Shown: positions 50,839 through 62,744, numbered from the stretch's first letter. The stretch is DNA of 64,000 nucleotides from Paramoeba atlantica (GCA_977017575.1 CDRNVI010000140.1:248001-312000), one strand, 5' to 3'. Program-made: numbers and translations. The notes: a model not told the origin generated them from the sequence alone.

Positions 50839-51382
50839 CACTTGCCTTGCCGGAAAACAGGAGAACAACGAGGGAAAGAGGGAAAGTACAACCAGGCGGT
50901 CTCTTTTCGGTGTCTGTAAGGCGGACAATGATTCTTCTTTTTTGAGTGAGTTGGTTTGGGAGAGAGGAATTGGAAACACTGCCAAGAAAGAGGGACCAAA
51001 CAGCGAGAGAGAGAACGCCAAAGAACGAAGAACAAAAAAGGGTGCTGAGGAGGGGTTATCCTTTATTAAGGAGGTTGTCCGGCGAGGAAAGATGTCCTTT
51101 TAGGGACACCATCCTTTCTTCTTTTTTTGGGGTGGGTTTGGAGAGAGAGGAAAGATTCTTGTTTTGAGTGTCATTTTCAAAAAAACTTTGGACAGATCTG
51201 ACCCATTTTCTTTTCATTCATTCACAGTTTTCTCTTTCTTTTCTCCATTTATGTTTGGAAACTCTGACCAATTCTTGGGGTGTTTGAACAAGAGTTCCAT
51301 GTTGCCAATCTGGAAGATTAATTTTAATCAGGTTCAAATTGATTTCTCTAAAAGATTGGTCAAATTGAAAAAATAAATATGT

Positions 51383-53356
51383 TCATTGTATCCCTTCCTT
51401 TTCTTTCGAAACAGAATTTGAGGTTCCAGTCTCCAAGTCTGACATATTTCGAACAATTTTACGTTTGAAAATCAATTCTTTCCACCACCCAGACACAAGC
51501 GGATTCGTCCAAGAAACAACAAAGCTGATTGCAACTGGAAACAAAAATAGGATCAAAAAGGTTAAAAAAACCAAAACTCGTCCTTCACTTGGATTTCGTT
51601 GACAAGGAGGTGGATCAATTCGTGGATGAGACCCAACACACTCAATGTAATTTTGTATTACTCTCTCAGATTCACTCCCCAGATAGAACCAGAGCAAAAC
51701 CCCACAAGCAATTAAGAAGTAAAATTGGAGAATCATTGCTCTCCATTGAAGGAAAATAATTCGATAATTAATCCCCAAAAGTAGTATGATTGATAAAACA
51801 ACAAACAGAGCGACTGTACATGTGCAAATCGCTCCATAAACTCGAGGAACGTCATCAATAGGAGAATTCTCGAAGGGAAAAGCTGAAAATATAAATGGTG
51901 ATAAATAAAGAAGAAGTTTGTCAGAAGAAGAGTTGTGTGTGAAAAAGTAAATCACACAAAAGAGAAAGAGAGCAAAAGGGACGAAAAAGCATGGCACAAC
52001 AAAACAAATTTGAATCCATTTAGAAACTGAACCATCTACGAATCGTTCAAAAAACTTCCACTTTACCCTGAATAAAGAAATCAAAAGAAATCTCAAAAGA
52101 AAGAGAGGAACAAATCAAGAGATAAAAAAGAAAAGAAAAAGTACCTTGCAATAAAACAAAATGTATTAAAGGAGAGAACTGCCCACAATGATAATGTTGT
52201 GTTTGAGAGCAACACCCAAAAACTCATTTGAATTCCTGCAACTCGAGATCTCCCAAAACGATTTAATGCAATAAAATAATTTTCTTCATTTCCACATAAA
52301 TATTCTTCAAATCCACCTGAAATTTGGATTTTATTTAAAATTTGTAAAAATGAGATTGTTGGAAAGAAAAATACAAACCAGCAAACATTGCAAATGAAAA
52401 AAATATTTCTTGGAGAAGAACTACAATGAGAGCAAGCAACAAAACATAAGCTGGATATCTTTCAAAGAAAATAAAAAAATAAACCAAGTTAATTTTCAAT
52501 TGTTAATGATGAGTGTAGAGGAGTGTGGAGGAGTGTGGAGAAGTGGTGAATAGTTTTAATGGATTGTCTGATTTCAAGTTGATTTCATTAAAATTGATAT
52601 TATTTAAAAACATAAAAAAAACACTCACCTTGTATTCAAAGACATCATAAAAAGAGGAAACTGTCCAATAAATACACTCACAACTCCAACCCATAACAAT
52701 ACAAACAAAGTAATCTGAACACTTGTTTCATATCGTTTCCCATACCAATATTGTGGACATTCAACAACACATTCTCCTTCAAAATCAACAATAAATGGAT
52801 CTGGACAACATTCAATTGTTTCTTTTTGTTCTCCCAAACACGTTTCCACTTTGATTCCATTTTCTGTTGCTTCTTCAATTTCTTTTGAAATTCTTGTTGA
52901 ACATTCTTCATCTTCTTCATCCTCAAAAGGTGGAAAAAGACAATCAATTGAAAGACCAAATGGTTCACATATTTCGTTAACTTGATAACATCCTTCAACT
53001 TGTCGACAAAATTGTTCTTCTATTGTTTCAGAAGGACAACGAGGAAACACCAATCCACAAACAAACCACAATAATGGTCTTCGACAATCTGATGGAATCA
53101 TTCGAATATCAGAAACATTCAAACTAATTACATCAAACAAAATGTGTTGAATTGTTGAGTTGACATTGACATCGTTCAAAAGAGAAGAACATTCGTTTTC
53201 GAGTTCGTATTCAAAACATGTTTCGTTTGCGTTTGTTGGAGGAGAAGGGGATGGTGGTGATGGGATTGGAAGGTTTGGTTGTGGTTGTTTCAAAATTGAA
53301 CAAAAACAAAAGGTTCCAAAGTTGAAAGAACACAACACAATAAACAGCAACTGCAT
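51383..53356 (-). CDS. Smoothened/Frizzled-like receptor, copy 7
   Basis: ORFs 52625..53584 and 51383..52096; C-terminus SVSKEKEGIQ shared with copy 9. Confidence 0.85.
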
Positions 53357-53873
53357 CCCCTTTCTCCAATGAACGCTCGAAAGAACGAGCAGTGAGAGAG
53401 AACGCCAGAAAACAGGAGAACAACGAGAGAAAGAGGGAAAGCACAACCAGACGGTCTCTTTTCGGTGTCTGAAAAGCGATTTTTCTTTTTTGAGTGAGTT
53501 GGTTTGGGAGAGAGGAATTGGAAACACTGCCAAGAAAGAGGGACCGAACAGCGAGAGAGAGAAATGCCAGAGAACGAAGAACAAAAAAGGGTGCTGACGA
53601 TAAAAAGGGTGACCGTTTGCGGTGGTCGCTTCTTTTGGGTTTTCCGGAAAAAAAGCGCTATTTATTTAGAGGCTAAAAAACCGCCCGGCCATTATTTGAG
53701 TGCCCGAAAAAAAACCTTCACTTTCCTTTTCGTTGTTTCGTTGTGCCACGCCCAACCCTTCTCTCAACTGTTCAACTTTAGCGCAGAGGTACGCCTGAAG
53801 CTTCGAAGAACGACGATCAGTGCTTCACTTTTTGTCTTCTGGTTTTGAGAAGAGGGGATTCACCTTGGTGAGT

Positions 53874-55834
53874 ATGTCTGTTCGTTTGTTGTTTGAGTTG
53901 GTTGTTGTCCTTCTCTTCTTCAACCTCAACTTTATTACCACAACAAACCTCAGAAAACCCATCCCAAACCTTCCAATCCCATCACCACCATCCCCTTCTC
54001 CTCCAACAAACACAAACGAAACATGTTTTGAATACAAACTCGAAAACGAATGTTCTTCTCTTTTGAACGATGTCAATGTCAACTCAACAATCCAACACAT
54101 TTTGTTTGATTCAATTAGTTTGAATGTTTCTGATATTCGAATGATTTCATCAGATTGTCGAAGACCATTATTGTGGTTTGTTTGTGGATTGATGTTTCCT
54201 CGTTGTCCTTCTGAAACAATCGAAGAACAATTTTGTCGACAAGTTGAAGGATGTTATCAAGTCAACGAAAGATGTGAACCATTTGGTCTTTCAATTGATT
54301 GTCTTTTTCCATCTTTTGAGGAAGAAGAAGATGAAGAATGTTCAACAAGAATTTCAAAAGAAATTGAAGAAGCAACAGAAAATGGAATCAAAGTGGAAAC
54401 ATGTTTGGGAGAACAAAAAGAAACAATTGAATGTTGTCCAGATCCATTTATTGTTGATTTTGAAGGAGAATGTGTTGTTGAATGTCCACAATATTGGTAT
54501 GGGAAACGATACGAAACAAGTGTTCAGATTACTTTGTTTGTATTGTTATGGGTTGGAGTTGTGAGTGTATTTATTGGACAGTTTCCTCTTTTTATGATGT
54601 CTTTGAATACAAGGTGAGTGTTTTTTATGTTTTTAAATAATATCAATTTTAATGAAATCAAATGAAATCAGACAATTCATTAAAACTATTCACCACTCCT
54701 CCACACTCCTATCCTCATCATTAACAATTGAAAATTAACTTGGTTTATTTTTTATTTTCTTTGAAAGATATCCAGCTTCTGTTCTGTTACTCACGCTCAC
54801 CGCAACCCTAATGACCGAATTTTTTCTCTCTTTTGTGGTGTTTGCTGGTTTGTAATTTTCTTTCCAACAATCTCATTTTTACAAATTTTAAATAAAATCC
54901 AAATATCAGGTGGAACTGAAGAATATTTATGTGGAAATGAAGAAAGTTATCTTGTTGCATTAAATCGTTTTGGGAGATCTCGAGTTGCAGGAATTCAAAT
55001 GAGTTTTTGGATAATGTTTATAAACATAACATTATCATTGTGGGCAGTCCAATCTTTTAATACCTTTTGTTTTATTGCAAGGTACTTTTTCTTTTCTTTT
55101 TTATCTCTTGATTTGTTCCTCTCTTTCTTTTGAGATTTCTTTTGATTTCTTTATTCAGGGTAAAGTGGAAGTTTTTTGAACGATTCATAGATGGTTCAGT
55201 TTCCAAATGGATTCAAATTTGTTTTGTTGTGCCATGCTTTTTCGTCCCTTTTGCTCTCTTTCTCTTTTGTGTGATTTACTTTTTCACACACAACTCTTCT
55301 TCTGACAAACTTCTTGTTGTGCCTTCGCCCTTTCTGGTGGTACCATTTCCCTTCCGTCGAGATACTTCTCTTGATGACATATTTCGAGTTTATGGGACGA
55401 TTTGCATATGTACAGTCACCCTGTTCATTGTTTTATCAATCATATTAGTTTTTGGGATTAGTTATCAAATTGCTTTCCTTCAATGGAGAGCAATGTTTAT
55501 CCAATTTTACTTCTTAATTACTTGTGGAATTTTTTTCTGGTACTATGTGGGGAGTGATCCTGATAGAGTGATACCAAATTACATTGAGTGTGTTGGGTCT
55601 CATCCACGAATTGATCCACCTCCTTGTCAACGAAATCCAACTGGCGGACGAATTATGAATTTGTTAACCTATTTGGCAACCTTTTTATTTCCAGTTATAA
55701 TCAGCTTTGTTGTTACTTTTACGAATCCTCTTGTGTCTGGGTGGTGGAAAGAACTCATTTTCAAACGTAAAATTGTTCGAAGTATGTCTACCTTGGAGCC
55801 TGGAACCTCAATGAAAGATAAGGGGGAAACATAA
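53874..55834 (+). CDS. Smoothened/Frizzled-like receptor, copy 8
   Basis: ORFs 53820..54617 and 55130..55834; 4 exons in phase. Confidence 0.85.
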
Positions 55835-55885
55835 CTCGTTTACAAATTTATTTTTATGATTAGATAAAAAATTGATAAAAAAACA

Positions 55886-56008
55886 TCAGTGTTCATGGAC
55901 TAATTCAGTCAATCCAACCTGAGGAGTTTGTTCGAAAGGATTTCTTTAGCGGAACTGGAGCAGAAGATGAGATTTTTACTCCAGACAAATCACTCTTTGA
56001 ATCCTCCA
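55886..56008 (-). pseudogene. Captured copy of the last ~40 codons of the Sec7-PH gene
   Basis: Near-identical to 62745-62866 (tcagtgttcatggactaattcagtcaatcc...cactcttt), with a 1-nt insertion. Confidence 0.85.
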
Positions 56009-56281
56009 TTTTAGCTCCACAACAGGCAAATATTGCAAACATAAATTGACAAAAGAAAGAAAACTGTGATTGAATGAAAAGAAAATGGGTCAGAACTGTC
56101 GAAAGTGTTGGACATCAAAATATCAATGTCTCAACCAAAGAGACGGTGCTAATTTTAGGCGACTAAATCGCTAACTTCCTATTTTTGCTTGTTTTGTTGT
56201 GGGAAAAAGAAACTCTTTCTCTTTGCTGCTTCGCTTTGTTTTTGTCCCATTTGTCTCCAGGGCGAGAACCTTTGGCAAGTG

Positions 56282-58256
56282 ATGTCTGTTTGTTTGTTGT
56301 TTGAGTTTGTTGTTGTCCTCCTCTTCTTCAACCTCAACTTTATTACCACAACAAACCTCAGAAAACCCATCCCAAACCTTCCAATCCCATCACCACCATC
56401 CCCTTCTCCTCCCACAAACGCAAACGAAACATGTTTTGAATACAAACTCGAAAACGAATGTTCTTCTCTTTTGGGTGATATCGATATGAACTCAACAACC
56501 CAATACATTTTGTTTGATTCAATCAGTTTGAATGTTTCTGATATTCGATTGGTTCCATCAGATTGTCGAAGACCATTATTGTGGTTTGTTTGTGGATTGG
56601 TGTTTCCTCGTTGTCCTTCTGAAACAATAGAAGAACAACTTTGCCGACAAGTTGAAGGATGTTATCAAGTTAACGAAATATGTGAATCATTTGGTCTTTC
56701 AATTGATTGTCTTTTTCCACCCTTTGAGGAAGAAGAAGATGAAGAATGTTCAACAAGAATTTCAAAAGAAATTGAAGAAGCAACAGAAAATGGAATCAAA
56801 GTGGAAACATGTTTGGGAGAACAAAAAGAAACAATTGAATGTTGTCCAGATCCATTTATTGTTGATTTTGAAGGAGAATGTGTTGTTGAATGTCCACAAT
56901 ATTGGTATGGAGAACGATATGAAACAAGTGTTCAGATCACTTTGTTTGTATTGTTATGGGTTGGAGTTGTGAGTGTGTTTATTGGACAGTTTCCTCTTTT
57001 TATGATGTCTTTGAATACAAGGTGAGTGTTTTTTTATGTTTTTAAATAATATCAATTTTAATGAAATCAACTTGAAATCAGACAATCCATTAAAACTACT
57101 CACCACTTCTCCATACTCCTCCACACTCATCATTAACAATTGAAAATTAACTTGGTTTAATTTTTTATTTTCTTTGAAAGATATCCAGCTTGTGTTTTGG
57201 TCATTAATAGCATTACAATCCTTCTCCAAGAAATATTTTTTTCATTTGCAATGTTTGCTGGTTTGTAATTTTCTTTCCAACAATCTCATTTTTACAAATT
57301 TTAAATAAAATCCAAATATCAGGTGGAACTGAAGAATATTTCTGTGGGAATGAAGAAAATTATCTTGTTGCATTAAATCATTTTGGAAGATCTCGAGTTG
57401 CAGGAATTCAAATGAGTTTTTGGATATTGTTTACAAACATAACATTATCACTGTGGATAGTTCTCTCCTTTAATACATTTTGTTTTATTGCAAGGTACTT
57501 TTTCTTTTCTTTTTTATCTCTTGATTTGTTCCTCTCTTTCTTTTGAGATTTCTTTTGATTTCTTTATTCAGGGTAAAGTGGAAGTTTTTTGAACGATTCG
57601 TAGATGGTTCAGTTTCTAAATGGATTCAAATTTGTTTTGTTGTGCCATGCTTTTTCGTCCCTTTTGCTCTCTTTCTCTTTTGTGTGATTTATTTTTTCAC
57701 ACACAACTCTTCTTCTGACAAACTTCTTCTCTCTCCATCACCATTTCTATTTGCAGCTTTTCCTTTTTATATTCCTCCTCTTGATGACATACTTCGAGTT
57801 TATGGAGCGATTTGCACATGTATAGTCGCTCTGTTCGTTATTTTATCAATCATGTTCGTTTTTGGGATTAATTATCGAATTATTTTCCTTCAATGGAGAG
57901 CAATTTTTATCCAATTTTACTTTTTATTTACTTGTGGGATTTTTCTTTGGTTCTATCTGGGGAGTGAATCTGATAAAGTAATACAAAATTACATTGAGTG
58001 TGTTGGGTCTCATCCACGAATTGATCCACCTCCTTGTCAACGAAATCCAAGTGAAGGACGAATTATGTTTTTGTTAACCTTTTTGATCATATTTTTGTTT
58101 CCAGTTGTAATCAGCATTGTTGTTACTTTTACAAATCCTCTTGTGTCTGGGTGGTGGAAAGAATTGATTTTCAAACGTAAAATTGTTCGAAATATGTCAG
58201 ACTTGGATTCTGGAACCTCAAATTCTGTTTCGAAAGAAAAGGAAGGGATACAATGA
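56282..58256 (+). CDS. Smoothened/Frizzled-like receptor, copy 9
   Basis: ORFs 56189..57025 and 57543..58256. Confidence 0.85.
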
Positions 58257-58591
58257 ACATATTTATTTTTTCAATTTGACCAATCTTTTAGAGAAATCAA
58301 TTTGAACCTGGTTAAATTTTAGCTCCACAACAGGCAAATATTGCAAACATAAATTGACAAAAGAAAGAGAAAACTATGATTGAATGAAAAGAAAATGGGT
58401 CAGAACTGTCGAAAGTGTTGGACATCAAAATATCAATGTCTCAACCAAAGAGACGGTGCTAATTTTAGGCGACTAAATCGTTCACTTCCTATTTTTGCTT
58501 GTTTTGTTGTGGGAAAAAGAAACTCTTTCTCTTTGTTGCTTCGCTTTGTTTTTGTCCCATTTGTCTCCAGGGCGAGAACCTTTGGCAAGTG

Positions 58592-60430
58592 ATGTCTGTT
58601 TGTTTGTTGTTTGAGTTTGTTGTTGTCCTCCTCTTCTTCAACCTCAACTTTATTACCACAACAAACCTCAGAAAACCCATCCCAAACCTTCCAATCCCAT
58701 CACCACCATCCCCTTCTCCTCCAACAAACGCAAACGAAACATGTTTTGAATACAAACTCGAAAACGAATGTTCTTCTCTTTTGAACGATGTCAATGTCAA
58801 CTCAACAATTCAACACATTTTGTTTGATTCAATCAGTTTGAATGTTTCTGATATTCGATTGGTTCCATCGGGTTGTCGAAGACCATTATTGTGGTTTGTT
58901 TGTGGATTGGTGTTTCCTCGTTGTCCTTCTGAAACAATTGAAGAACAATTTTGTCGACAAGTTGAAGGATGTCATCAAGTCAACGAAAGATGTGAACCAT
59001 TCGATGTTTCTTTTGATTGTCTTTTTCCACCTTTTGAAGAAGAAGAAGATGAAGAATGTTCAACAAGAATTTCAAAAGAAATTGAAGAAGCAACAGAAAA
59101 CGGAATCAAAGTGGAAACGTGTTTGGGAGAACAAAAAGAAACAATTGAATGTTGTCCAGATCCATTTATTGTTGATTTTGAAGGAGAGTGTGTTGTTGAA
59201 TGTCCACAATATTGGTATGGGGAACGATATGAAAGAGCGATTCGAATCACTTTGTTTATCTTGCTTTGGATTGGTTTTGTCCTCTTTTTTGTTGGACAAA
59301 TTCCTCTCTTTGCAGTCTCAATTACTCAAAGGTTTGTCATTTGAACTCTTTTTTTAGTTTCATTCTTTAAAAGTTTGTTGGAAAAAAAAAGGTATCCGAA
59401 TTATGTGTTGCCTCTCTCCGTTTTGTCCAATCTCATGCTTGAAGTGTTTTTCTGTTTTTCAGTTTTTGCTGGTAAGTTACTTTTTTTTCTCTTTTTCTGA
59501 TTTCAAATTTAAAGAATGGGATTTTTTTGATTTCTCTTTTCATTTTTCTTTTAGGAGGACCAGAAGAGTATGTTTGTGGAAATGATGAAAATTACTTTTC
59601 TGCTTTGGATTCTTTTGGAAGATCACGAGTGGCTGGAATTCAAATGAGCTTTTTTGTCTTCTTTTTAGCTTTGACGTATTCTTTATGGGTCATCAATTCT
59701 TTCTCAACTTTTTGTTTTATTGCCAAGTTCTTTTCTTTTTTTTTTTAAATTCTGTAATCCAACATCTCATTTTTGAAATGGAAGGGTAAAATATAATCTC
59801 TTTGGGAGATTTGTAACTCATCCAGTTCCCCGCATCTTTGAATACGGCCTTTTGGCAACCTCCTTCATTTTTTCTCTGACAATGTTTCTTTTTTTTGTTA
59901 TTTACTTTTTCACTTCTGAGACACATGTAATTCCGGTTTCGATTGTTTTTGCTGCACTGCCATTGACGAATCCTCTTTTCAATGTTTATCAATCTTTTAT
60001 CACGATTTGTATTGGTTTAATTGCAATATTTTCGTTTGGTACAGACATCCTAATCGCCAAAATTAATTATCGACTTCTTTATTTTCAATGGAGGGGTGTG
60101 TTTGTCCAGTGTTTTCTTGTCGTCCTTGTTGCATTTACTATTTGGATTCTTTTCTTTCAGGAACAAGAGTCAATTATTGAAGAGTATATTTATTGTGTAT
60201 CCTCTCACCCTCAAAGTGATCCACCTCCTTGTGAAAAGTCCTTCCGATCAGATCAAGTGATAACAACCTTGGCTCTATTTCTGGTTTTCCTCTTTCCGGT
60301 GGTTGTGAGTCTGATCGTGTACTTTTCCAAAGTACATGTGATTGCATGGTGGAAGGAACTCATTTTCAATCATCGTGTAGTCCAGGATCTTTCAAGTTTG
60401 GAGTCTCTTCTTTCTGCCACCACCTCGTGA
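58592..60430 (+). CDS. Smoothened/Frizzled-like receptor, copy 10 (divergent 7TM, array-type CRD)
   Basis: ORFs 58499..59344 and 59852..60430; the same four-exon layout splices in phase (R/YPNY.., G/GPEEYVCGND.., K/VKYNLF..). Confidence 0.8.
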
Positions 60431-60838
60431 GAGTGACTGTTGGAGATAGAAGTTGGAAGTTTTGATGATCTGGGAGGGACAAATATCTAAATCTGAACAG
60501 CAAAAGAATTTACATTGAAAAAATTTTGTTTGGGAGAGGACTCTTTGTGAGAGGATCTCTAATGATGATAGGTTATGATGGAACTCTTGTTCAAATTTGT
60601 ATTTGTCAAGTTTGAAAAACTTAAATGGAGAAAGAGAAAATAACTCTTGAATTGTAAAAAGAAATAGCCAAAACTTCCTCGTTTTTGTTTAAAGTCCTGT
60701 TCTCCATCTCGGCTCAATGTTCTCATTTCAGTCATCAAAGAGACTGGAGCTTATTTTAGGTTTCTAAATTCTTTCCTTTCTTTGTTCGTCTTTTGGGAAG
60801 AGGGGGCTCACCTTTCTTGAAGCGTTCATTGGTGAGTT

Positions 60839-62692
60839 ATGTCTGTTCGTTTGTTGTTTGAGTTGGTTGTTGTCTTCTTCTTCTTCAACCTCAACTTTAT
60901 TACCACAACAAACCTCAGAAAACCCACCCCAAACCTTCCAATCCCATCACCACCCCCTTTTCCTCCATGTTTTGAATACGAACTCGAAAACGAATGTTCT
61001 TCTCTTTTGAACGATGTCAATGTAAACTCAACAATTCAACACATTTTGTTTGATGTAATCAGTTTGAATGTTTCTGATATTCGATTGGTTCCATCAGATT
61101 GTCGAAGACCATTCTTGTGGTTTGTTTGTGGATTGGTGTTTCCTCGTTGTCCTTCTGAAACAATAGAAGAACAATTTTGTCGACAAGTTGAAGGATGTCA
61201 TCAAGTCAACGAAAGATGTGAACCATTTGGTCTTTCAATTGATTGTCTTTTTCCATCTTTTGAGGATGAAGAAGATGAGGAATGTTCGACAAGAATTTCA
61301 AAAGAAATTGAAGAAGCAACAGAAAATGGAATCAAAGTGGAAACATGTTTGGGAGAACAAAAAGAAACAATTGAATGTTGTCCAGATCCATTTATTGTTG
61401 ATTTTGAAGGAGAATGTGTTGTTGAATGTCCACAATATTCGTATGGGAAACGATATGAAACAAGTGTTCAGATTACTTTGTTTGTGTTGTTATGGGTTGG
61501 AGTTGTGAGTGTATTTATTGGACAGTTCCCACTTTTTATGATGTCTTTGAATACAAGGTGAGTGTTTTTATGTTTTTAAATATCAATGAAAATCACCTTG
61601 GTTTATTTTTTATTTTTTTTGAAAGATATCCAGCTTCTGTTTTGTTGCTTGCTCTCATCGCAAACCTAATGACCGAATTTTTTCTCTCTTTTGTGGTGTT
61701 TGCTGGTTTGTATTTTTCTTTCCAACAATCTCATTTTTACAAATTTTAAATAAAATCCAAATTTTCAGGTGGAACTGAAGAATATTTATGTGGAAATGAA
61801 GAAAATTATCTTGTTGCATTAAATCATTTTGGAAGATCTCGAGTTGCAGGAATTCAAATGAGTTTTTGGATATTGTTTACAAACATAACATTATCATTGT
61901 GGGCAGTCCAATCTTTTAATACCTTTTGTTTTATTGCAAGGTACTTTTTCTTTTCTTTTTTATCTCTTGATTTGTTCCTCTCTTTCTTTTGAGATTTCTT
62001 TATTCAGGGCAAAGTGGAAGTTTTTTGAACGATTTGTACATGGTTCAGTTTCTAAATGGATTCAAATTTGTTTTGTTGTGCCATGCTTTTTCGTCCCTTT
62101 TGCTCTCTTTCTCTTTTGTGTGATTTATTTTTTCACACACAACTCTTCTTCTGACAAACTTCTTGTTGTGCCTTCGCCCTTTCTGGTGATACCATTTCCC
62201 TTCCATCGAGATACTTCTCTTGATGACATATTTCGAGTTTATGGGACGATTTGCATATGTACAGTCGCTCTGTTCATTGTTTTATCAATCATATTAGTTT
62301 TGGGGATTAATTATCGAATTGCTTTCCTTCAATGGAGAGCAATTTTTGTCCAATTTTACTTCTTAATTGCTTGTGGAATTTTTTTCTGGTACTATCTGGG
62401 GAGTGAACCTGAGAGAGCGATACCAAATTACATTGAGTGTGTTGGGTCTCATCCACGAATTGATCCACCTCCTTGTCAACGAAATCCAAGTGAAGGACGA
62501 GTTTTGGTTTTTTTAACCTATTTGGCAACCTTTTTGTTTCCGGTTGTAATCAGCTTTGTTGTTACTTTTACGAATCCTCTTGTGTCTGGGTGGTGGAAAG
62601 AATTCATTTTCAAACGGAAAATTGTTCGAAATATGTCAGACTTGGAGACTGGAACCTCAAATTCTGCATCGAAAGAAAAGGGGGAAACATAA
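60839..62692 (+). CDS. Smoothened/Frizzled-like receptor, copy 11
   Basis: ORFs 60839..61561 and 61934..62692; shortened Pro-rich stalk. Confidence 0.85.
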
Positions 62693-62744
62693 CTAGTTTA
62701 CAGATTTATTTTTTATGATTAGATAAAAAATTGATAAAAAAACA

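Noticed and set aside
60450-60600. TGATGA and CTGA motifs suggesting a C/D snoRNA
   Set aside because: Spacing too short, with no terminal stem or rRNA-complementary guide identifiable
38748-61508. Recurrent ~100-aa ORFs (MKDVIKST.., MDKKTSPLKE.., MTLTSFKREE..) in every array unit
   Set aside because: They are alternate-frame or antisense shadows of the receptor exons; their recurrence is explained by the duplication itself
36344-62692. Regularly spaced repeats with variable segments suggesting a CRISPR-like or VSG-like cassette system
   Set aside because: Units are ~2-2.8 kb complete genes, each with its own start and introns. No short direct-repeat/spacer structure, promoterless cassettes or recombinase were seen.
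25978-62692. Functional sterol/glycolipid cluster (GBA2 near Smoothened-like receptors)
   Set aside because: Unrelated housekeeping genes intervene, and proximity in a compact eukaryotic genome is not evidence of a pathway
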